The notes: a model not told the origin generated them from the sequence alone. A stretch of 64,000 nucleotides of DNA from Clostridiales bacterium (GCA_019420065.1 JAHZHX010000001.1:16176-80175), one strand, 5' to 3'; positions 34,056-43,162 are shown, counted from the stretch's first letter. Translations and numbers: made by a program.

Positions 34056-34982
34056 TTGGAGTTTAGACATGAACCCGTGCTATTGCAGGAGACGCTTGAA
34101 TGGCTTGCTCCCCATGACGGGGGCGTGTTTGCCGACGGAACACTGGGCGGCGGCGGGCACAGCGAGCAGATACTGCGGCGGATCGGCGGGCACGGCATAC
34201 TCTACGGCATTGACCGCGACGAGGATGCTTTGCAGGCAGCCACGCAGCGGCTGCAGGGATATGCCGGATTCTGCGCCATGCATGGCAATTTTCATGATGT
34301 GGATGATCTGCTGCCGCCAGGGGTTTTGCTGGATGGCGGGCTGCTGGATCTGGGGGTTTCCTCTTATCAGCTGGATACGCCGGAACGCGGCTTCTCCTAC
34401 CATGAGGAAGCGCCGCTGGACATGCGCATGGATCGTTCCTGCGGCATGACGGCAGCTGACTGGCTGAACCAAACGCCGGAAAAAGACATTATGAACGCGC
34501 TCTATGATTATGGCGATGAGAAGTGGGCGGCGCGGATCGCCAAGATCATTGTTGAGCATCGTAAAGAAAGGCCGCTGCAAACGACGCTTGACCTGGTGGC
34601 CTGCGTGGACGCGGCCATCCCCAAGGCGGTGCGCCGCAAGGATGAGGGGCATCCGGCGCGCCGCACGTTCCAGGCGGTACGCATTGCCGTAAACGATGAG
34701 ATCGCCCCGCTGGAACAGGCGCTTGCGGACTGGATGAAGCGACTGAAGCCGGGCGGCAGGCTATGCGTGATTACCTTTCATTCGATAGAGGATCGGATCG
34801 TCAAGCACGCTTTCCGGCGGATGCAGAATCCCTGTGTTTGCCCGCCCAAAGCGCCGGTATGCACCTGCGGACGAAAGCCGGTAGCCAGGGTTCTCGGCGG
34901 CGCGATCCGCCCCGGAGCGCAGGAGATCGAGCGCAATCCCCGCGCGCGCAGCGCTACGCTGCGTGTGGCGGAAAAGCTGTAA
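34056..34982 (+). CDS. rsmH: 16S rRNA (cytosine1402-N4)-methyltransferase RsmH
   Basis: HEPVLLQETLEWL....GVFADGTLGGGGHSEQIL...DLGVSSYQLD...RGFSY...PLDMRM...ITFHSIEDRIVK are diagnostic RsmH/MraW motifs. Confidence 0.95.
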   Translation: MEFRHEPVLLQETLEWLAPHDGGVFADGTLGGGGHSEQILRRIGGHGILYGIDRDEDALQAATQRLQGYAGFCAMHGNFHDVDDLLPPGVLLDGGLLDLGVSSYQLDTPERGFSYHEEAPLDMRMDRSCGMTAADWLNQTPEKDIMNALYDYGDEKWAARIAKIIVEHRKERPLQTTLDLVACVDAAIPKAVRRKDEGHPARRTFQAVRIAVNDEIAPLEQALADWMKRLKPGGRLCVITFHSIEDRIVKHAFRRMQNPCVCPPKAPVCTCGRKPVARVLGGAIRPGAQEIERNPRARSATLRVAEKL

Positions 34983-34991
34983 GGAGCCGCT

Positions 34992-35849
34992 ATGCTGTAT
35001 GTAGTTGCAACCCCGATTGGTAATTTGGGAGATATGAGTCCGCGCGCGGTGGAGACGCTGAAAAAGGCCGACCTGATTGCTGCGGAAGATACGCGCATGA
35101 CGATGAAACTGACGCAGCATTTTGGCATTGAAACGCCGCTTACCAGCTGTCATCGCCACAATGAATTCGGCAAAGCGCAGCAGCTTGTGCGCAGGATGGC
35201 GGAAGAGGGGATCAGTATTGCCCTGGTAACGGATGCGGGCACGCCAGCCATTTCCGATCCGGGCACATATCTGGTGCGCTTGGCGGCTGAAGCAGGGATT
35301 GAGGTGGTGGCCGTTCCCGGACCAACCGCTATGGCCAGCGCGATCTCGGTATCTGGTATTGACGCGGACGAATTCACCTTCCTGGGCTTTTTGCCGCGTG
35401 AAAAAAAGGACCTGCGGGCGGCGCTGAGCGATGCGGCTTCGCGCCTTCAGGCGGCAATCATTCACGAATCGCCTTATCGGGTGCTGGATACAATGGCGAC
35501 GGTCGCGGAGCTGCTGCCGCAGACCTATGTGAGCGTCAGCTGCGATTTGACAAAGCTGCATGAATTGACGCTGCGCGGCAACGTTTGCGATGTGCTGGCG
35601 CGGATGCGGGCGAACGAGAAAACGGAAAAGGGCGAATACTGCATTGTACTGGATTTTCGGGCGGTTCCGCGCAAAGAAACGGAGCAGGCGCTCAATCTGT
35701 GCATGGAAGCGCAGCTGCTGGACGCAATGCTGTCCGGCCTTGACATGCGCGCGGCGTCACAGAAGCTGATCTCCATGGGTGCGCGCAAGAATGCCGTTTA
35801 CGCCGCGTCGCTGAATTTGAAAAAAATGCTGCGCGACGGCGAAGAATAA
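34992..35849 (+). CDS. rsmI: 16S rRNA (cytidine1402-2'-O)-methyltransferase RsmI
   Basis: MLYVVATPIGNLGDMSPRAVETLKKADLIAAEDTR...DAGTPAISDPG...GPTA is the tetrapyrrole-methylase fold signature of RsmI. Confidence 0.95.
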   Translation: MLYVVATPIGNLGDMSPRAVETLKKADLIAAEDTRMTMKLTQHFGIETPLTSCHRHNEFGKAQQLVRRMAEEGISIALVTDAGTPAISDPGTYLVRLAAEAGIEVVAVPGPTAMASAISVSGIDADEFTFLGFLPREKKDLRAALSDAASRLQAAIIHESPYRVLDTMATVAELLPQTYVSVSCDLTKLHELTLRGNVCDVLARMRANEKTEKGEYCIVLDFRAVPRKETEQALNLCMEAQLLDAMLSGLDMRAASQKLISMGARKNAVYAASLNLKKMLRDGEE

Positions 35850-35874
35850 TACATTTTCTGTACAGCTGCACGCT

Positions 35875-35903
35875 TTGACAAGGGATGGCAGCGGTGCTAT
35901 AAT
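35875..35903 (+). promoter_or_regulatory. Consensus sigma-A promoter of the ECF-S/coaX pair
   Basis: TTGACA (35875-35880), 17 nt, TATAAT (35898-35903). This predicts an ~85-nt leader containing two small hairpins. Confidence 0.6.
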
Positions 35904-35994
35904 AATCCACGTCGATACCCGGAAGGGGTCGAACAAAACGAAACTGCGGACATTTCGTCAGGTATCTTTATGAACTTGAACGGAGGAAGGAAAA

Positions 35995-36603
35995 ATGAAT
36001 AACAGAAAAAAACTCTACCGCATGACGGCTGCGGCGCTTTTGATGGCGCTGGTGTTTTTGTTGGGGATGACGCCGCTGGGCCTGATTCCTCTGGGCTTCA
36101 TCAATGTGACCATTCTGTGCGTGCCGGTGATCGTGGGCACCATTTTGCTGGGTCTGCGCAGCGGCTTGCTGCTTGGTTTGTGCTTTGGCACGGCCAGCAC
36201 GCTGAGCATGCTTGGCATGTCGATGACGCCGCCGTCCGCATTGGCCTCGGCACTTTTTGCCGCGTCGCCGTTCTGTGCGGTGTTTATGTGCTATGTGCCG
36301 CGCCTGCTTGTGCCGGTGGTAGCACATTATGTATATCAAGCACTGCGCAGCGGTAAGAAAGCCAAATTTGGTGCCATGCCCGCGGCGGCGTTCCTGGGCT
36401 CGGTTACAAATACGGTACTGTATTTGGGACTGATGCTTTTGTTCTATGTACTTTACGGACTGGATTCGGCTAAAATTCTTGCGCTCATTGCCGGAACGGG
36501 GCTGATTGCCGGCGGATGCGAGGCAGTGGCGGCGGCACTGATTACAACCCCGATAGTGGCGGCGCTCAGGAAAACATCCTTGCGCGTATACTTTTGCGAT
36601 TGA
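35995..36603 (+). CDS. ECF transporter S component (probably pantothenate-specific, PanT-like)
   Basis: Six-TM small integral membrane protein with S-component features (MTAAALLMALVFLLGMTPLGLIP.GF.N.T). Specificity is inferred only from adjacency to coaX. Confidence 0.7.
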   Translation: MNNRKKLYRMTAAALLMALVFLLGMTPLGLIPLGFINVTILCVPVIVGTILLGLRSGLLLGLCFGTASTLSMLGMSMTPPSALASALFAASPFCAVFMCYVPRLLVPVVAHYVYQALRSGKKAKFGAMPAAAFLGSVTNTVLYLGLMLLFYVLYGLDSAKILALIAGTGLIAGGCEAVAAALITTPIVAALRKTSLRVYFCD

Positions 36604-36614
36604 CGGAGGAAGTT

Positions 36615-37388
36615 ATGATCTTTACCATGGATGTGGGCAACACAAACATTAAAATGGGGCTTTTTAATGGCAAAGAGCTTGTCCGCTATTGGCGTTTGTC
36701 CACAAACCGCACCAGTACCAGCGATGAATACGGCATTTTGGCAACCAGCCTTTTTCAGAGCGCGGGACTGAGCCGCGACCAGGTAAGCGGGATCATGATT
36801 TCCAGCGTTGTGCCGTCCGTTAATTTTACGATCGAGCACATGTGCAATGATTATTTTGGCCTTACGCCCAAATTTGTTGTTCCGGGAATCAAAACGGGGA
36901 TCAATATTCAGTACGACAATCCGCGCGCTTTGGGCAGCGACCGCATATGCAACGCGGTAGCGGCGCACGCCTGCTATGGCTCCCCTTGCATCTATATTGA
37001 TTTTGGCACGGCGACGACCTTTGGCGTGGTGGACGGCAAGGGCACGTTTGTGGGCGGATGCATCTGCCCTGGTATCAAGATCGCCAGCGAGGCGTTGGTG
37101 CGCGGCACTTCGAAGCTGCCAAACTTTGAACTGGTCAAGCCTGAAAGCGTGATTGGCAAAAATACGGTAACCAACTTGCAGGCAGGCATGTTTTACGGAT
37201 ATGTCGGTCAGGTGGAATATCTTGTCAATAAAATGAAGCGCGAAATGAAACGCGAGGACGCCAAGGTTGTTGCGACCGGCGGTATGGCACGGATGATTGC
37301 TTCGGAAACGCCTGTGATCGATCAAGTGGATGGTTTGCTGACATTGAAGGGCTTGCGGCTGATTTATGAGCGCAACGCGGAAGCATAA
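36615..37388 (+). CDS. coaX: Type III pantothenate kinase
   Basis: MIFTMDVGNTNIKMGLF...GSDRICNAVAA...IDFGTATTF...ATGG are ASKHA-fold CoaX motifs. GGAGGA RBS. Confidence 0.9.
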   Translation: MIFTMDVGNTNIKMGLFNGKELVRYWRLSTNRTSTSDEYGILATSLFQSAGLSRDQVSGIMISSVVPSVNFTIEHMCNDYFGLTPKFVVPGIKTGINIQYDNPRALGSDRICNAVAAHACYGSPCIYIDFGTATTFGVVDGKGTFVGGCICPGIKIASEALVRGTSKLPNFELVKPESVIGKNTVTNLQAGMFYGYVGQVEYLVNKMKREMKREDAKVVATGGMARMIASETPVIDQVDGLLTLKGLRLIYERNAEA

Positions 37389-37401
37389 AACGAAATACAA
37401 T

Positions 37402-37446
37402 AAAAAAGGGGCGCTGCATGGGTATGCAGCGCCTCAATTTTGTATT
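37402..37446. terminator. Bidirectional intrinsic terminator (coaX / dac convergent)
   Basis: AAAAAA + GGCGCTGCAT-gggt-ATGCAGCGCC + TCAATTTTGTATTTT. Confidence 0.65.
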
Positions 37447-38859
37447 TTAGCGGTAATAACGGCCGATGGGGCGAACCGGTCTGCGGCGCGGACGCTTGCT
37501 TCTGAAACCAAACAGTCGCTTTATGCCAAATACCAGCAAGACGATAACGGCGATCACGGCAGCGAAAAAAAGGAAAATTTCAACCGTAAATCGCGGAAAC
37601 GGATTTGCATCATTGATGGTATTGGTAATGATTTCATCCAGAGAAGGAACGCCCAGATAGCGGCGGGCAACGCTGCGCGAGGCCAGCAGCTCATATTCAA
37701 TGGGCTCGCCGGCTTCGGGATAATATGTCAGCGTAGCCATGACCTCGCCGGCTTCGATAGGCGCGACGGGATCGCGCACATATTCGATGGAAACAAGGTC
37801 ATTAAAATTTGAAACCAGATAATTGAGACGACCGTTGAGGGTAACGATGGAATCGCCGGTGGAGGAACTGAGCTTGTTCAGCGTCAACTCCAGCTGGCCG
37901 CGGCCGGGATCGTCCAGCGCATATTTGCTGACTTCCAGCACCTTGGGACTCATGGCATACAATTCGGATACCGATGTGCTGACGTACTGCGAAAAACCAT
38001 ATTCCATCAGGCGGCGGGTGTCGCGCCAGGCCGTTGAATAGCTGCTGCTGTGAAAAACCACGGAAATGAACGAGACCCCGTTTTTCGTGGCAGAACCGAC
38101 AAAACAGTTTCCCGCGTTTGAGGTATAGCCGGTTTTGATGCCGTTGGCATATTGATAGTAAGACGAGGAGGAGGAATCCCCGAAAAATTCATTCATGCGG
38201 GAGGTCAGCGTGCGCTCGCGGTATACATTGCTGCGCGGCAACACATAGCGAACCGTGCCTGCAATATCACGGAAGGTCTCATCCTGCATTGCTTCCCGGG
38301 CGATCATGGCCATATCACGCGCGGAGGTATAATGATCGTCGTTATGCAGACCGTTCGGGTTGACAAAATGAGTGTTTGTGCAGCCGATGGAAGCGGCGTA
38401 CTGGTTCATCAGTTCTACGAAAGCCGGGATGGAACCGCTGATCGTTTCTGCAATGAGGTTTGCGCCCTCATTGCCGGAACGCACCATGGTGGCATATAGC
38501 AGATCCTGAAAATTGATTTCTTCTCCCTGCGCCAATGGAATGGTTGAGGAATCCGAATCGATCTGCAGGCAGGTATCGCTGGTAACCACGGTCTGTTCGG
38601 GATTTCCCAACAGTACGCCCAGAAACGTAGTCAGTATTTTGGTGGTGGAAGCGGGGAACATCCTCGCGTCGGCATTTTTTTCATATACCACCATGCCGGT
38701 ATTCAGCTCGACAAGAATGGCCGCGGTGGCATCCAAGTCCACATCGTTAAGCGACTCAGGATGATTGCTGTCGTAATTTGTTCCGGTTGCCAGCGCGGGT
38801 ATGCACAAAAGCGCCGACAAAAGCAATGTCAGCAGCAGGCAAGTGAAGCGCTTCAGCAT
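37447..38859 (-). CDS. Serine-type D-Ala-D-Ala carboxypeptidase with C-terminal membrane anchor
   Basis: Signal peptide, then STTKILT (SxxK), SGNE (SxN) and KTGYT (KTG), a PBP5 C-terminal domain, and a terminal TM helix plus basic tail. GGAGGA RBS before the ATG at 38859. Confidence 0.9.
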   Translation of the reverse strand: MLKRFTCLLLTLLLSALLCIPALATGTNYDSNHPESLNDVDLDATAAILVELNTGMVVYEKNADARMFPASTTKILTTFLGVLLGNPEQTVVTSDTCLQIDSDSSTIPLAQGEEINFQDLLYATMVRSGNEGANLIAETISGSIPAFVELMNQYAASIGCTNTHFVNPNGLHNDDHYTSARDMAMIAREAMQDETFRDIAGTVRYVLPRSNVYRERTLTSRMNEFFGDSSSSSYYQYANGIKTGYTSNAGNCFVGSATKNGVSFISVVFHSSSYSTAWRDTRRLMEYGFSQYVSTSVSELYAMSPKVLEVSKYALDDPGRGQLELTLNKLSSSTGDSIVTLNGRLNYLVSNFNDLVSIEYVRDPVAPIEAGEVMATLTYYPEAGEPIEYELLASRSVARRYLGVPSLDEIITNTINDANPFPRFTVEIFLFFAAVIAVIVLLVFGIKRLFGFRSKRPRRRPVRPIGRYYR

Positions 38860-38934
38860 AATGGTATCCTCCGAGTAAATGTACCGTATCATTTTACCAC
38901 AAAGCCGGCTGGATGTACAGGCCTGCGCTTTTTG

Positions 38935-40101
38935 TCAGCATATGACAGGCTTTGCACGGTAAAGCAGACCAAACGGCTGTCGCGCGCCCAGCGACCATAA
39001 ATCGGCAGCGCGAGCGTCCAGCAATCTTTCCGGGGCGGCATCCTTGCGGGCGAGAGAGGGGCAGAGCGATAGCCCGCGGTCCTGCGCGGCCCGCAAAAGC
39101 CCTGAAGCATCTCGTCTGAAGCCTAAAATGTAAGCATAACCAGGAATGGAAGACAGCATGCGCGCGTCCGTATGCATCAGCAGATGCGTCAGCAGGCGGC
39201 TGACGCGGGCATATGGATAACGCTTGCTGCGAATAGCCTGAATCATTTCGTCCCGCGTCAAGCAGTCGCTTGCACGGCAGAAACGGTTTTCCAATCCTTC
39301 GGAAAGGTCCGGCAGGCGAAAGGGCGGGGCGGCGGTACGTATTTCCCAGCGCAGCAAAGGATCCAGCGCCTGCGGAAAATGGACTGCGTTTTCCGTATAC
39401 GCATGCCGGAGAATCCGATAAGCGGCGGCGGGCATGAACTTTTGCACGGCGTGCCATTGCTCGTTGAGAAGTGCGCGACGGACAGCGGTCGCGGAGGGCA
39501 TACCGCATTCGTCAGGCAGCTCCTTTGCGTGGTATGCTCCGACGCGCGGGACGGGAAGCAGCGTCAGCTCCGCTTTTAAACGCAGATTGGCCCGGGCGTA
39601 GCAGATTGCCAGCAGCGTATTTGGCTGCGCCAACGTAATAGGCGGACAGGAAAGAACGGCGGCAAGCGCTTCGCCCTGGGCGCGCGGGTATGACAGCCCG
39701 TCGTCCAGCTTTTGCCGCAGCAGATGTGAAAAATCCGGCGTAGGGGCTTCGAGCAGGGTGGCGGCGCGCAAATAGACCGCCTCTCCGCCTGGCTCGATGC
39801 CAAAGGAAAGCGTATCCGCACCCGCGCGCTTGAGAATGCTGACCCCGCCCAGCGCAAAACGTTCAGCGTCACAGACCGAAAAGGAATAGGGCAGCCCCAG
39901 AACGACGTCCGCGCCGGAGACAAGGGCCATTTCCGCCCGGCAGTGCGGAGAAAAAAGCGCAGGCATGCCCCGCTGGGTAAAGAAACAACTGATCGCACAG
40001 ATCAGGCGCTCTGCGCCGGAGCGGCGGCGCGCTTCTGCCATTTGCCAGGCATGCCCGTTATGCAGCGGGTCGTATTCGGCAATAATACCGCAGATATGCA
40101 T
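38935..40101 (-). CDS. tmcAL: tRNA(Met) cytidine acetate ligase TmcAL (YlbM/UPF0348 family)
   Basis: GIIAEYDPLHNGHAWQM (HxGH nucleotidyltransferase motif) and FTQRGMPA....RAEMAL.SGADVVLGLP match B. subtilis YlbM. Confidence 0.85.
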   Translation of the reverse strand: MHICGIIAEYDPLHNGHAWQMAEARRRSGAERLICAISCFFTQRGMPALFSPHCRAEMALVSGADVVLGLPYSFSVCDAERFALGGVSILKRAGADTLSFGIEPGGEAVYLRAATLLEAPTPDFSHLLRQKLDDGLSYPRAQGEALAAVLSCPPITLAQPNTLLAICYARANLRLKAELTLLPVPRVGAYHAKELPDECGMPSATAVRRALLNEQWHAVQKFMPAAAYRILRHAYTENAVHFPQALDPLLRWEIRTAAPPFRLPDLSEGLENRFCRASDCLTRDEMIQAIRSKRYPYARVSRLLTHLLMHTDARMLSSIPGYAYILGFRRDASGLLRAAQDRGLSLCPSLARKDAAPERLLDARAADLWSLGARQPFGLLYRAKPVIC

Positions 40102-40105
40102 GAAA

Positions 40106-41029
40106 TCAGTCTGAGAGCTTTTGGGGATATACGCCTGCGTCGTGCAGCTTTTTCAGCTCCTGCTGCACATAAGGCTTGTCCTGCGGATAGGTGATGCCAA
40201 ACCATACCGCTTTGGTAGAGAGCACGTGAACCCGCAGAGCGCCCTCATGCATCATGTCGTCAACCATGACCGGCAGCAAACATTCGCTCTTGATATCGTC
40301 CGCGCTGCGGGTGCGCAGAAAATGCTCAAAATATGCATGCATGTCGGCAAAAATGGAGGGCAGGCAGCCCCAGAAATTCATGGAAACCAGCGCTTCGGGA
40401 TCGAGCACGATGCCCGCAGGATCGGAAGCGGTATCCCGGATCGTGCCGTCGGCAAAGGGTTGGATCTTGAACGTCTCGGTAACGCTGGTGAGCATGCCAT
40501 TTTGATGTCCGCAAATACCGCGGGTAACGGTGCCGTTTTCGCTGACGGTGTTTTTCAGATAGTAGCCAACTATGGCGGCTTCTCCATCCCGCAAACGCTG
40601 CAGGCAGTCGTGCATGGAGGCATAAGCGTCTACGCCGTAGTAATCGTCGGCGTTGACGATGGCAAACGGCTCGCTGACGTATTTTTCCGCGCACAAAACA
40701 GCGTGTACGGTTCCAAAGGGTTTGACGCGCTCGGAGGGCACTGAATAAAAAGAGGGGAGACTGCCAAAATCCTGAATAGCGTAGCAAACTTCAATCGGGG
40801 AACCGTCTGCCGTTTTGCAGGACGCAACCAGTCCGCCGCACAGCTTTTCGATCAGGGATTGCATGTCGGGTTTAACCACAAACACAAATTTGGAAAAGCC
40901 GGCGCGCACAGCATCAAAAATGGAGTATTCCATCAGCATTTCGTGATTGGGGCCAATGCCTTCCGTCTGCTTATTTCCGCCGTAGCGGCTGCCTAAACCT
41001 GCGGCCATGATAACAAGCGTCGTTTTCAT
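40106..41029 (-). CDS. Sugar-phosphate nucleotidyltransferase family protein
   Basis: LVIMAAGLGSRYGG.KQ is the G-rich NTP-binding loop, with VNADDYYG further on. Substrate unknown. Confidence 0.8.
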   Translation of the reverse strand: MKTTLVIMAAGLGSRYGGNKQTEGIGPNHEMLMEYSIFDAVRAGFSKFVFVVKPDMQSLIEKLCGGLVASCKTADGSPIEVCYAIQDFGSLPSFYSVPSERVKPFGTVHAVLCAEKYVSEPFAIVNADDYYGVDAYASMHDCLQRLRDGEAAIVGYYLKNTVSENGTVTRGICGHQNGMLTSVTETFKIQPFADGTIRDTASDPAGIVLDPEALVSMNFWGCLPSIFADMHAYFEHFLRTRSADDIKSECLLPVMVDDMMHEGALRVHVLSTKAVWFGITYPQDKPYVQQELKKLHDAGVYPQKLSD

Positions 41030-41242
41030 CCGTAAAACCTCCTTGAAAGACGTTTGTGCATTTGTTCGGTAACCATCCGCTTTAGTATACTACATAATTG
41101 CGGGTTTGTCATGCATTTGTTTTATTTGTCGGCCTTCAGCGGCAATGGTTACTTTGCACAGAAAAAAAAGGCAATTTTCTTATTAAAATTTTTGATTTTC
41201 GACTTGCGCGCGCCTCCAAGGCAGGGTAAAATAAAGAATGTT

Positions 41243-42550
41243 ATGGATGGGATTACCATGTTGACGGAAGGCGTGCGGCAAAGCTATGACCGCGTCGGCC
41301 GTCCGTGCAAAGTGCTTGCTGCATTGTCCGGCGGCGCGGATTCGGTTGCGCTGCTTTTGCTTTTGAAAGAGCTGCAAAGGGAGTGCAGAATGGAGCTTGC
41401 CGCTGTGCATGTTAATCATGGCCTGCGGCAGAACGCGGCGGAGGACGAGCGCTTTTGCCGGCAGCTGTGCGAAAGATATCGGATAACGCTTATCGTAAAG
41501 CATGTGCATGTGCGGCGCATTGGCAGCCTGGAAGCGGCGGCGCGGGAGGCGCGCTATGCTGCGTTTGCGGAGGCAATGCGGGAAGCGGGCGCGAAGGTAT
41601 TGGCGCTGGCGCATCATATGGACGACCAGGCGGAGACCGTGATGCTGCATCTGCTGCACGGCGCCGGAGGCGGAGGACTTGGCGGCATGCGCGAGATGAG
41701 CGGCGCTTACTGGCGGCCGCTGCTTTTTGTTCGCCGCGTCGAGCTGCGCAGGGCGCTGGAAGCCCGGAAACAGGATTGGCGCGAGGATGAAAGCAATGGC
41801 GATCAGGCTTTTGCCCGCAATGCCATTCGCGCGCAGCTGATGCCGGCGATGGAACGGTTGGCGCCGCAGGCGGTCGCATCTCTGTGCCGGACAAGCGAGA
41901 TCATGCAGGCTGAAAACGATTGCCTGGAACGGATTGCGGAAAGCTTTTGCGCGGAGAATGGCGGGAAGGGCGCGCATTGTTTTTTGATGGCGGAGCCGCT
42001 GCGCGGGCAGCCGCTGGCGATTCAGCGGCGGGTGCTGCGCCGTTATGCCGCATCGCGGGGGCTTTTGCTGGAATTTGCGCATGTGGAACGGCTGCGGAAG
42101 CTGCTGGAACGAGAGAACGGCGCCATGGAGAATCTGCCCCAGGGCTGGCGCGCGCTGCGAACGTGCACGCGGCTGCATCTGCTGCCATTGCAAGAGGCTG
42201 AAAAAACGCTGAACGGACGCTTGATAATGGAACCGTTTGCCGGAAATCCGGGAGACGGACAGCTGAAACAGGCAATTCCCGCAATGCTTTTGCCGGAAAC
42301 GCAGCTTCGCACGCGCCGCCCAGGTGATTGTATCCAGCCTTTCGGCATGGAGGGCAGGCAGAAGCTGAAGGATTACATGATTGCCCGCGGGATTGACCGG
42401 CCTTTTCGGGATGATTGGCCGCTGCTGTGCCGGGGCGGCGAAGTGCTGTGGGTAATCGGCGTTGGCGCGTCGCAGAAGCTGCGCCTGGCCGAAACGGAAA
42501 AGGATGCTAAGCTGATGATTTTTTCGGGCGATTTGCCTGACAGAATATAG
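41243..42550 (+). CDS. tilS: tRNA(Ile)-lysidine synthase
   Basis: PP-loop LAALSGGADSVALL, HVNHGLR, LAHHMDDQAETVMLHLLHG, and a TilS C-domain (RRPGD.IQP.GM.G.QKLKDY). Start uncertain (41243 or 41258); the track ORF from 41054 is too long. Confidence 0.85.
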   Translation: MDGITMLTEGVRQSYDRVGRPCKVLAALSGGADSVALLLLLKELQRECRMELAAVHVNHGLRQNAAEDERFCRQLCERYRITLIVKHVHVRRIGSLEAAAREARYAAFAEAMREAGAKVLALAHHMDDQAETVMLHLLHGAGGGGLGGMREMSGAYWRPLLFVRRVELRRALEARKQDWREDESNGDQAFARNAIRAQLMPAMERLAPQAVASLCRTSEIMQAENDCLERIAESFCAENGGKGAHCFLMAEPLRGQPLAIQRRVLRRYAASRGLLLEFAHVERLRKLLERENGAMENLPQGWRALRTCTRLHLLPLQEAEKTLNGRLIMEPFAGNPGDGQLKQAIPAMLLPETQLRTRRPGDCIQPFGMEGRQKLKDYMIARGIDRPFRDDWPLLCRGGEVLWVIGVGASQKLRLAETEKDAKLMIFSGDLPDRI

Positions 42551-42561
42551 GAGGGGCACAA

Positions 42562-43119
42562 ATGAGCAAGAATTTTGCACAATATGAGGATCTGGAAAGC
42601 ATTTTGCTGACGCGCGAGGAGATTGCCGAAAAGGTGAAAGCGCTGGGAAAGCGCATATCTGCCGATTATTGTGATAAAGCGCCGGTCGCCGTATGCATCC
42701 TGAAGGGCGCGTCGGTCTTTTTTGCCGATTTGCTGCGCGAGCTTGATCTGCCTGTGAGCATTGATTTTATGGGCGTTTCAAGTTATGGGAGCGGTACGGA
42801 ATCCAGCGGCCATGTGCGTATGGTCAAGGATCTGGACTGCGATATCGCCGGGCGTGACGTGATTGTGGTGGAGGATATTGTGGACAGCGGCGTAACGCTT
42901 TCCTATATCAAGGAGGAGCTTTTGCGCCGCGGCGCAGCCAGCGTGCGCATTGCCACGCTGCTGGACAAGCCTGCCCGCCGCCGTACTGCGCTGACGGTGG
43001 AATATTCCTGCTTTGAGATTCCGGATGCGTTCGTTGTGGGATATGGGCTGGATTATGACGAGCGCTATCGCAACCTGCCGGATATTGGCGTGCTTGCTCC
43101 GAGAATTTACGTAAAATAA
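42562..43119 (+). CDS. hpt: Hypoxanthine phosphoribosyltransferase
   Basis: LKGA..F.ADL.R......SIDFM.VSSYG and the PRPP loop VIVVEDIVDSGVTL. Conserved tilS-hpt-ftsH order. Confidence 0.95.
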   Translation: MSKNFAQYEDLESILLTREEIAEKVKALGKRISADYCDKAPVAVCILKGASVFFADLLRELDLPVSIDFMGVSSYGSGTESSGHVRMVKDLDCDIAGRDVIVVEDIVDSGVTLSYIKEELLRRGAASVRIATLLDKPARRRTALTVEYSCFEIPDAFVVGYGLDYDERYRNLPDIGVLAPRIYVK

Positions 43120-43132
43120 CGTCGGCACGGGT

Positions 43133-43162
43133 TTGCATTTCCATAACGCAGTATGGTATAAT
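43133..43162 (+). promoter_or_regulatory. Sigma-A promoter upstream of ftsH
   Basis: TTGCAT (43133-43138), 18 nt, TGgTATAAT extended -10 (TATAAT 43157-43162). Confidence 0.5.

Noticed and set aside
30815-34198. 1127-aa ORF on the minus strand, the longest in the window.
   Set aside because: It is exactly codon-aligned antisense to yceD/rpmF/valS. Its translation is low-complexity R/A/G/H/Q/L-rich sequence with no motifs. The sense strand carries unmistakable valS (HIGH, KMSKS), rpmF and a T-box. The open frame is explained by the absence of TTA/CTA/TCA codons in the sense genes.
36453-37400. 315-aa minus-strand ORF.
   Set aside because: It is antisense to coaX and to the end of the ECF S-component gene. 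The same class of artefact also occurs at 21953-22840, 50646-51527, 54661-55338, 55369-56229, 60251-61114 and 62775-63344.
41183-42580. 465-aa minus-strand ORF.
   Set aside because: It is antisense to tilS (PP-loop SGGADS on the plus strand) and has no recognisable motifs.
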